From an uncultured Clostridiaceae bacterium (lineage in GTDB: Bacteria; Bacillota; Clostridia; TANB77; CAG-465): 64,000 nt of DNA. Position 1 is the stretch's first letter. Each line of letters opens with the position of its first letter. The notes below the pieces were generated by a model. The model had not been told where the DNA came from. It was given only the letters and a program-made list of their open reading frames with translations, and made no database searches. The stretch covers positions 74,911 through 138,910 of the forward strand of contig CAZZFS010000001.1 of assembly GCA_964653805.1 (NCBI GenBank), given 5' to 3'. Both the position numbers and the translations under genes were made by a program. Shown here piece by piece: positions 57,153 through 64,000 of this stretch.

Positions 57153-58193
57153 ATGTCAATTAATAAAGAAAAACTATTGGTTTTTTGTTTAATCTTAAGT
57201 GTTTTAATCTTAATTAGTGTAGTGGTATATTACATTTTAAATATAGAAGATAAAAGTGTTGAAAAGGTTAATATTAATAATGAAATAAATCGAAATGAAG
57301 ATACAATAAATGTTGAAGAAGGTAAACAGAGTGAAAAAGAGAGTATTTCGAATATTTATGATAAATATTCGAAGTTTGAATTTAAAAGAACAACAAAAAT
57401 TGAATTTTTAAATGATAAAATTGAAATAGAAAATGGTAAATTATATTACACAACAAATGATACAAAAACATTAGTTACCTCTGTTATGGGAACACCCAAA
57501 TATATAGCTGGTTTTTTAGAAGGTGGAACAATAGGGTATCAAATTGTTATTACTGAAGAAGGTACTATATGGAAAGCAGAAGAAAAAAGTACTGCTAATA
57601 ATTTATCTATTGATTTTAAAAAAGTAGAAATTGATGGTACGGTAATTGAAATGACTACAGGAATTGAAGGTGTAAAATTTCAAAGCGGGCCATATTTTCT
57701 TATTAAAGAAGGTAAACTTTTAAATGATACAGGAAAAACATATGAAGAAATTAATGGTGATCATATAGATTCTTACGGTACAGTTTGGGAAGAAATATAT
57801 ATAAGCGAAGATAAAACGATTTCAAAATATATATCTAAAACTGATTATGTTAAAGTTAAAGATGAAAAAGGTAATTTAGTTAAAGTAAAACAAATTTTTG
57901 GTCAAAATATACTTGAGGGATATAGATTTTATATAATAACTACGGATGATAAATTTTTATATATAGATTATAAATCATTAGTTTCTGTAAACGCGATTGA
58001 AGAATATATAGCAAAAGAATATCAAGAAACATTAGGTGAAAAAGTAAAAAAATTTGATTTTATAAAAATACCACTTCAAAGTGGCGGTTCAAAAGAAAAT
58101 TTAAAATTAGAATTGCAAAATGGTAATGTAGTAGAAATAATGGATATAAATAATGAGTATTACGATATGTTAGTAAAAAAACATATATATTAA
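57153..58193 (+). CDS. Membrane-anchored 346-aa protein of unknown function
   Basis: AGGTGTGA Shine-Dalgarno, a single N-terminal TM, and a large extracytoplasmic domain. Confidence 0.6.
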   Translation: MSINKEKLLVFCLILSVLILISVVVYYILNIEDKSVEKVNINNEINRNEDTINVEEGKQSEKESISNIYDKYSKFEFKRTTKIEFLNDKIEIENGKLYYTTNDTKTLVTSVMGTPKYIAGFLEGGTIGYQIVITEEGTIWKAEEKSTANNLSIDFKKVEIDGTVIEMTTGIEGVKFQSGPYFLIKEGKLLNDTGKTYEEINGDHIDSYGTVWEEIYISEDKTISKYISKTDYVKVKDEKGNLVKVKQIFGQNILEGYRFYIITTDDKFLYIDYKSLVSVNAIEEYIAKEYQETLGEKVKKFDFIKIPLQSGGSKENLKLELQNGNVVEIMDINNEYYDMLVKKHIY

Positions 58194-58547
58194 TATTTAA
58201 GATAGTGGTTGTAATGTACAACTGCTATTTTTTTTCGTTTTTGTGAATAAAAATTGAATGTAATTGTGTAGTTAAAAATACTTTAATAAATCTTTTAAAA
58301 ATATTTGAATTTTGTTGAAAAATTATTTTGTATATGATAATATTTATGTGTAAGTTATATATTGTTTATATTTAAATAATTAAATCTAGTATAAACAAAA
58401 TAAAATAAAACTCCAGAAGTGCTAATAATAGTGTGTTTTCAATGCTTTTTTAACTTTGAATTGGTTTGTAATTAAATTAATCGAATTTGACAAAGTAGTA
58501 AAAATATAGTATAATTACACTACCGTATAATTAAGGGAGGAAAGTTT

Positions 58548-59621
58548 GTGAAAGAAGACAAAGCTCATATATTAAGACGATTTGTTATAGTTATAACACT
58601 TATTTTAATATTTGTAACAGCCGGTCTAGTGTTGGTAAGTATGCAACTAAACACAATAACTTTAAATTACTTTGGTGATATAAAAAGAATAAAAACAGTT
58701 TCAACAACAGTTGATAGTTTTTTAATTGAAAATAAAATATACATAGGCGAAAACATGGAAGTATTTCCAAGTAAAAATACATTAATAGAAAATGGAACTG
58801 AGATAACAATTTGCTCAAAAGATAGTTTAAGTAAAATAGATGTTGTGGCTATAAAAGAAGAACATAGTCCTACTGTTATAAAAGTAGAGGAAATTATTAC
58901 TCCAATAGCTTTTGTTGAAGAAAAACGTGAAAATCCAACTTTAACTAGAGGGAAATCACAAGTTTCTCAAGAAGGTGTTGAAGGACAAAAATCTACAAAA
59001 TATATGGTAACATATGATAGCGAAGGTAAAGAAGTGGCAAGAGAAGAATTAAATTCTTCAGTTGTTAAGCCTTGTATTAATAAAATAATTGACGTTGGAA
59101 CAAAATTAGATGCAACAATATCTAGAAGTCAAGTTGTTCAAAATGTTGCTGCACAAGTAGCTCCAGAAGGCTTTAAAAAATATAATATAAAATTACCTGA
59201 AGAACAACAAGTTTATGCATATAATATATCAAAAAAATATGGAATTCAATATGAATTATTCTTAGCAGTGATGTATAAAGAAAGTGGATTTAATCCAAAT
59301 GCCTTTGGTGGTGGTAATTCATATGGTCTTTGTCAAATCCATATATCTAATCATTCAAATTTAAGAAATGTTTTAGGTGTTAGTGATTTCTTTAATCCGT
59401 ATGATAATATGACAGCAGGTGCATATTTACTTTCTAAATATTTTGGTACTGCAAGAACTCAAGTTTCTGGTGATTCAGTAGAAGTTTATGCTTTAAATGC
59501 ATATAATATGGGTGAAGGTGCTTATTATAATACTTGTTTTAGTCAAGGTATTTTACATAGATCATACAGTAACTCTATTGTTGGTATAAGAAATTCTTTG
59601 ATCTCAAAGGGTGGAATTTAA
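58548..59621 (+). CDS. DUF348-G5-lytic transglycosylase (SLT) cell-wall protein (YabE/RpfB-like architecture)
   Basis: GTG start after AGGGAGG. TM. G5 segment (RGKSQVSQEGVEGQKSTKYMVTYDSEGKEVAREEL). SLT catalytic region AVMYKESGFNPNA...YGLCQI. Confidence 0.8.
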   Translation: MKEDKAHILRRFVIVITLILIFVTAGLVLVSMQLNTITLNYFGDIKRIKTVSTTVDSFLIENKIYIGENMEVFPSKNTLIENGTEITICSKDSLSKIDVVAIKEEHSPTVIKVEEIITPIAFVEEKRENPTLTRGKSQVSQEGVEGQKSTKYMVTYDSEGKEVAREELNSSVVKPCINKIIDVGTKLDATISRSQVVQNVAAQVAPEGFKKYNIKLPEEQQVYAYNISKKYGIQYELFLAVMYKESGFNPNAFGGGNSYGLCQIHISNHSNLRNVLGVSDFFNPYDNMTAGAYLLSKYFGTARTQVSGDSVEVYALNAYNMGEGAYYNTCFSQGILHRSYSNSIVGIRNSLISKGGI

Positions 59622-59757
59622 TAAAATAAAAACTATAATAATAAAGATATATAGATAATAAAAAATGAATAAATAAAAATAGAATTGTCAGGTATCTGGC
59701 AATTTTATTGTATATAGAATATTTTATAATAAAAAAATATTTTTGGAAGGAAAAAGT

Positions 59758-60624
59758 ATGGAAATAAATACATTAAATATAACTAAAAAAATAATGCAAC
59801 AAAATAATATAGTACCTACAAAAAGATTTGGACAAAATTTTTTAATAGATGATTTAGTATTAGAAGGTATTGCTGTTAAATCTGAAATAACTAAAGATGA
59901 TTTAGTTATTGAAATAGGACCTGGTATAGGTAATTTAACAGAATATTTATTAGATAGAACAGGTTTTGCTATTTTAGTTGAAATAGATAGAAAAATGATA
60001 GACGTAATAAATAATAGATTTGAAAACAGAAGTAATTATTTACTTTTAAACGAAGATGTTTTAAAAGTTGATTTGGACAATATAATAAATGAAGTTGAAG
60101 AACAAAACAATGTTAAGTATAAAAATGTTAAAGTTATAGCTAATTTACCTTATTATATTACTACACCAATTATTTTTAAATTATTACAAGATTCAAAAAG
60201 AGTATCAGAAATTGTTGTAATGGTTCAAAAAGAAGTAGCAAATAGAATGGTAGCTAATTTTAAAACAAAAGATTATGGTATTTTAACATTGATGGTTGAA
60301 TATTTATCGAGTGCAAAAATAGAAATAGATGTTCCTAGGGATTGTTTTATTCCAGCACCAAATGTTGATTCATCAGTTATTTCTTTGAAAAAAGGTAAAA
60401 AATATGAATTAGATGAAAAAAAAGAAAAATTATTATTTGATTTAATACACAAAGCTTTTTCTCAAAGAAGAAAAAAAATGATTAATTCGTTATTTTCAAA
60501 TTCATTTGGTAATAAATCAAAAGAAGAATTGGAAAAAATAATCCAAAAATGTGATTTAAGTTTAAATTCTAGAGCAGAAGAGTTAGAATTAAATGATTAT
60601 ATAAAAATCATTAATGAATTTTAA
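59758..60624 (+). CDS. rsmA: 16S rRNA (adenine1518/1519-N6)-dimethyltransferase
   Basis: KRFGQNFLID, EIGPGIGNLT, and NLPYYITTPI. Confidence 0.95.
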   Translation: MEINTLNITKKIMQQNNIVPTKRFGQNFLIDDLVLEGIAVKSEITKDDLVIEIGPGIGNLTEYLLDRTGFAILVEIDRKMIDVINNRFENRSNYLLLNEDVLKVDLDNIINEVEEQNNVKYKNVKVIANLPYYITTPIIFKLLQDSKRVSEIVVMVQKEVANRMVANFKTKDYGILTLMVEYLSSAKIEIDVPRDCFIPAPNVDSSVISLKKGKKYELDEKKEKLLFDLIHKAFSQRRKKMINSLFSNSFGNKSKEELEKIIQKCDLSLNSRAEELELNDYIKIINEF

Positions 60625-60755
60625 AAAAATAAAAAAACATCTTGCTCATAAATATAAAAACAAGGTTTTGTGTACATAAAAAAGACAAAATTTTGCATAT
60701 ATTTTTTTTAGAAATATAAAAGTTTTCAATTTTAAATTAAATTTTTAAAAAAGTG

Positions 60756-60784
60756 TTGACAATTTAAAAAAAGTATAGTATTAT
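60756..60784 (+). promoter_or_regulatory. Promoter TTGACA-17 nt-TATTAT for the tRNA cluster
   Basis: Hexamers at 60756-60761 and 60779-60784. Confidence 0.5.
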
Positions 60785-60804
60785 ATATGAGCAATACATT
60801 TTAT

Positions 60805-60880
60805 GGGCTATTAGCTCAGCTGGCAGAGCACTTGACTTTTAATCAAGTTGTCCCGCGTTCGAACCGCGGATAGCTCACCA
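60805..60880 (+). tRNA. tRNA-Lys (anticodon UUU), CCA encoded
   Basis: Cloverleaf folded by hand. Acceptor gggctat / atagctc. Anticodon arm cttga-cTTTTaa-tcaag. T-arm ccgcg-ttcgaac-cgcgg. Confidence 0.92.
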
Positions 60881-60886
60881 TAAAAT

Positions 60887-60961
60887 GGCCCGTTGGTCAA
60901 TCGGTTAAGACATCGCCCTTTCACGGCGAAGTGAGGAGTTCGACTCTCCTACGGGTCACCA
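60887..60961 (+). tRNA. tRNA-Glu (anticodon UUC), CCA encoded
   Basis: ggcccgttggtc... Anticodon arm tcgcc-cTTTCac-ggcga. T-arm aggag-ttcgact-ctcct. Confidence 0.92.
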
Positions 60962-60977
60962 AAAATATATTGCATTT

Positions 60978-61053
60978 GCTGGAATAGCTCAGCTGGTAGA
61001 GCAGCGGTCTTGTAAACCGCAGGTCGTCAGTTCAATTCTGACTTTCAGCTCCA
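60978..61053 (+). tRNA. tRNA-Thr (anticodon UGU), CCA encoded
   Basis: gctggaatagctcagc... Anticodon arm gcggt-cTTGTaa-accgc. T-arm gtcag-ttcaatt-ctgac. Confidence 0.92.
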
Positions 61054-61065
61054 TGAAAATGGTTT

Positions 61066-61101
61066 AAAGCAAGATAATCTTAATGGTTATCTTGCTTTTT
61101 T
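61066..61101 (+). terminator. Rho-independent terminator after the tRNA cluster
   Basis: 12-bp stem aaagcaagataa / ttatcttgcttt, 9-nt loop, T-run. Confidence 0.7.
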
Positions 61102-61270
61102 GTTTTTGTAAATATTTTGTAGTGAAAAAAGTTAAAAAAATTATAAATATAAAAAACAAAGGTGTTTACATAATAGTTGTGTTTTTGTTTAAGATATGTT
61201 ATAATATTAATATTATAATATTTGTTTTAGAAAATAATTTATATTAAATTTATTTATAAGGAGTTTAATT

Positions 61271-61519
61271 ATGACTACAATAAAAATCACACACGAAAAA
61301 CCAAAAGTAATAAACGCTTTTAATGTAATTGATTTGGATACATTAGTGATGAATGTAGCTAAAAAATTCTTTTGTGAAAGCAAAGATCAAGAGGTAATGG
61401 TTATTTGTAATGGTATTGATTATCTAATAAGTAAACGGTTTGTGGAAATGTATAATTTTTTAGAAGATGCAATTTGTAAAAGACAATTTTTCAATAAGCA
61501 TTTTTCTGAAAATTGTTGA
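61271..61519 (+). CDS. Hypothetical 82-aa protein
   Basis: AAGGAG Shine-Dalgarno. A hairpin terminator follows (aatggaagtgaatt / aattcacttccatt, about 61528-61566). Confidence 0.5.
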   Translation: MTTIKITHEKPKVINAFNVIDLDTLVMNVAKKFFCESKDQEVMVICNGIDYLISKRFVEMYNFLEDAICKRQFFNKHFSENC

Positions 61520-61762
61520 GATTTAAATAATGGAAGTGAATTCAAAATTCACTTCCATTATTTTTGCTTTAATGTGCTTTTATTTATGAACCATTTGTTA
61601 AATGAAGTTTGTTTAAAAACACACATAGAGTTGGTAATTAAAATTTACTACTTCAAATTCAAAATCCATCTATTGTTTTGCAAACCTTGTGGTAATATAC
61701 TTGCAAAACAAATAAATATATGATAAAATAAAACAAAAGTTCTGTTTTGTGAGGTGGGTAGT

Positions 61763-62477
61763 ATGGCTATTTGGAATTTATGGCATGGATGTCATAAATT
61801 AAGCGAAGGTTGTAAAAATTGTTATGTATATAGGACAGATTTAAAATATGAAAAAGATTCTTCAAAAGTATATAAAACGGGTAATTTTAATTTGCCACTA
61901 AAAAAAGATAGAAAAGGCGAATATAAGATTAAATCTGGTGAATTAGTATATACTTGTTTTACATCAGATTTTTTCTTAGAAGATGCAGATCAGTGGAGAG
62001 AAGAAGCTTGGAGTATTATTAAAGAAAGAAGTGATCTTAAATTTCTTATTGTAACAAAAAGAATAGATAGATTTAATATTGCTTTGCCAAATGATTGGGG
62101 AAGTGGCTATGATAATGTTGGAATTTGTTGTACTGTTGAAAATCAAGATAGAGCAGATTATAGGTTGCCTATATTTTTAAAATTACCTATTAAGAAAAAA
62201 AGTATAATATGTGAGCCTTTACTTAGTGAAATTGATTTAAATAAATATTTAAGCAATGATATTAATCAAGTTGTATGTCGGTGGAGAATCAGGAAATAAT
62301 GCTAGAGTTTGTGATTTTAATTGGATAATGAATATTAGGGAACAATGCTTAAATAAAAATATTAAATTTTATTTTAAACAAACCGGAGCTAGATTTTTAA
62401 AAGATGGTAAATTATATAAAATTGAAAGAAAATATCAACATTCAAATGCAAAAAAAGCAAATATTAACATAGAATAG
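61763..62477 (+). pseudogene. DUF5131 (phage Gp37/Gp68-like) protein gene interrupted by a +1 frameshift near 62276
   Basis: MAIWNLWHGCHKLSEGCKNCY N-terminus. The frame ends ...INQVVCRWRIRK* at 62299. The overlapping frame continues (V)GGESGNNARVCDFNWIMNIREQC...FYFKQTG. Removing one T at about 62276 restores INQVVVGGESG. Confidence 0.75.
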
Positions 62478-62642
62478 TTAATATTAATATATAAAAATTG
62501 TAAAAAAGTATTAAAATAAAGACTTTTTGCTGTAATTTGCTATTTTTATATCTAATTTAAAAGATATTTTATAAAAAATATAGAAAAAAAAAAACTTACA
62601 TGATATAATAGAAATATATTTAGAGTTATGGGGTGTATATAT

Positions 62643-63344
62643 ATGAATGATAAAAAAATTTTAATTGTTGATGACGAAAAACCAATAGTAGATATTTTAA
62701 AATTCAATTTAGAAAAAGAAGGTTTTTCTACAGCAGTTGCGTACGATGGTGAGGAAGCTATTAATTTAGCTCTAAGCATAGAGCCAGATCTTATTTTGTT
62801 AGATTTAATGTTACCAAAAGTAGATGGTTTTAATGTATGTAAAGAATTAAGAAAGAAATTAGTTTGTCCTATAATAATGCTTACAGCAAAAGAAGAAGTT
62901 GTAGATAAAATAATAGGCCTTGAAATTGGTGCGGATGACTATATGACAAAACCTTTTAGTATAAGAGAAGTTATTGCTAGAGTAAAAGCTAATTTAAGAA
63001 AGCATACAATTCTAGAAGCTGGTGATAAAGAAAATAAAGAAAAATCAAAAATTGTTATAGATGATTTAACAATTGATCCAGAAAGATATGTAGCATTAAT
63101 AGGGGATAAGGTGATTGATCTTACAATAAAAGAATTTGAATTGTTAAAAATGTTATCATCTTCGCCTAACCAAGTTTTTACTAGAGAACAAATTTTAAGA
63201 AAAGTTTGGGGCTATGATTTCTATGGTGATGTTAGAACAGTTGACGTTGCTATAAGACGTTTAAGAGAAAAAATAGAATCAAATTCTATAGATCATAAAT
63301 ACATTCAAACAAAGAGAGGTATGGGATATTTTGTATCTATTTAA
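62643..63344 (+). CDS. walR: OmpR-family response regulator, WalR/YycF-like
   Basis: MNDKKILIVDDEKPIVDILKFNLEKEGF, DLILLDLMLPKVDGF, and C-terminal RTVDVAIRRLREKIE...KRGMGY. Confidence 0.75.
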   Translation: MNDKKILIVDDEKPIVDILKFNLEKEGFSTAVAYDGEEAINLALSIEPDLILLDLMLPKVDGFNVCKELRKKLVCPIIMLTAKEEVVDKIIGLEIGADDYMTKPFSIREVIARVKANLRKHTILEAGDKENKEKSKIVIDDLTIDPERYVALIGDKVIDLTIKEFELLKMLSSSPNQVFTREQILRKVWGYDFYGDVRTVDVAIRRLREKIESNSIDHKYIQTKRGMGYFVSI

Positions 63345-63360
63345 ATTTTAGGTGAAACAT

Positions 63361-64000
63361 ATGAAAAATTCTATAAAATTTAGCATAAGATTTTTAAGTT
63401 TATTTACAGTAGTAATAAGTTATACTACTGTAATACTTTTAGCCTCAAAAATGATTGATACAGTTAATATATTTGCTGTATCTAATCTTTTGATTTTAGC
63501 TATATTAATGATTCTTGCACTTTTTGCTAGTGGTATCATAGCTAAGATGATAGTATTTCCTTTGAAAAAAGTTGAAAAAGGAATGAGAGCTATTGCAGAA
63601 GGTAAGATATTAGATATAAAACATTTAAGTCAGTACAATGATTTTGAAGAAATTAAAAATTTAATAGAAGCATATATATTAATGGTTCAACTTATTAAAA
63701 AAAATAATTTTGATTTAAATAGTCAGCAAAGTAAAACAGAGATAATTCTGGAACATATGGCTGACGGAGTTATAGCTTTTTCTATAACTAGACAAGTAGT
63801 TCATATTAATAAATCTGCTATGAGATTATTAGGTATAAAATCCGATTTAGATACTTTTGATGAAATAATAAAAAAAATAGGTGTTAATGTAGAATTTGAT
63901 AAAATAATGTACTTACCTAATTATAAAAGTATTGAAACAAAAATAACAGTTGAGGATAATACTTTAAATATAGTTTTTGTACCATTTTTTAGTGATATAC
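63361..64000 (+). CDS. walK: Sensor histidine kinase, WalK-like, N-terminal part (runs off the window)
   Basis: ATG 63361 after AGGTGA. Two TMs, a HAMP-like linker and a PAS start (TEIILEHMADGVIAFS...INKSAMRLLG). Open to the window end, so absent from the ORF track. Confidence 0.7.
   Translation, partial: MKNSIKFSIRFLSLFTVVISYTTVILLASKMIDTVNIFAVSNLLILAILMILALFASGIIAKMIVFPLKKVEKGMRAIAEGKILDIKHLSQYNDFEEIKNLIEAYILMVQLIKKNNFDLNSQQSKTEIILEHMADGVIAFSITRQVVHINKSAMRLLGIKSDLDTFDEIIKKIGVNVEFDKIMYLPNYKSIETKITVEDNTLNIVFVPFFSDI

Noticed and set aside
60805-62500. Intact prophage or integrative element at the tRNA-Lys/Glu/Thr cluster.
   Set aside because: No integrase or recombinase gene and no visible duplication of a tRNA 3' end were found downstream. 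Only a small remnant-like island is supportable.
1-64000. Possibility of an alternative genetic code (TGA=Trp), given the very low GC.
   Set aside because: MutS, GyrA, DnaX, ALDH and the other conserved proteins read full length with TGA, TAA and TAG as stops. No conserved Trp position coincides with TGA.

Overview
Extremely AT-rich chromosome segment. Hand counts on sampled 60-nt lines give about 15-25% GC. Gene content and protein sequences look Clostridia-like. The standard genetic code applies, because conserved proteins read through without in-frame TGA.

Core genes I recognise:
- mutS, mutL (frameshifted) and miaA
- a DnaD-domain protein plus a DnaI/DnaC-like helicase loader
- two OmpR/HisKA two-component pairs, the second WalRK-like
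- gyrA, RNase P RNA (rnpB), and small SRP RNA followed by dnaX-ybaB-recR
- dut, htpX, lemA, an aldehyde dehydrogenase and rsmA
- a tRNA-Lys/Glu/Thr cluster

Regions that stand out:
1. 558-12110 is a terminator-bounded operon. It encodes a 39-aa peptide, a 516-aa coiled-coil protein, a 2,877-aa secreted beta-helix giant with about 28 YGGGN-type coils, a canonical SipW-type signal peptidase and a catalytically degenerate SipW paralogue. This is my best candidate for an undescribed secretion/fibre system.
2. 21991-26767 is a GC-elevated two-paralogue cassette driven by a consensus promoter that carries a G7 tract in its spacer. A T4SS-like module follows (coupling-protein ATPase, VirB2-like, VirB6-like and VirB3/TcpE-like proteins). 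I see no VirB4 ATPase or relaxase.
3. 40973-44650 is a second operon built around an orphan VirD4/TraG coupling protein.
4. 37208-37416 (minus strand) is a promoter-to-terminator candidate small RNA of about 173 nt whose ends pair into a 6S-like rod.
5. 51572-52543 is a second GC-elevated cassette encoding a G-[YF]-D pentapeptide-repeat miniprotein.

Three genes carry frame-disrupting lesions: mutL, a P-loop kinase with three lesions, and a DUF5131 gene. This suggests either gene decay linked to a mismatch-repair defect or assembly errors.

No CRISPR array, rRNA gene, transposase or integrase was seen. All family assignments come from motif recognition by eye. No database search was run.
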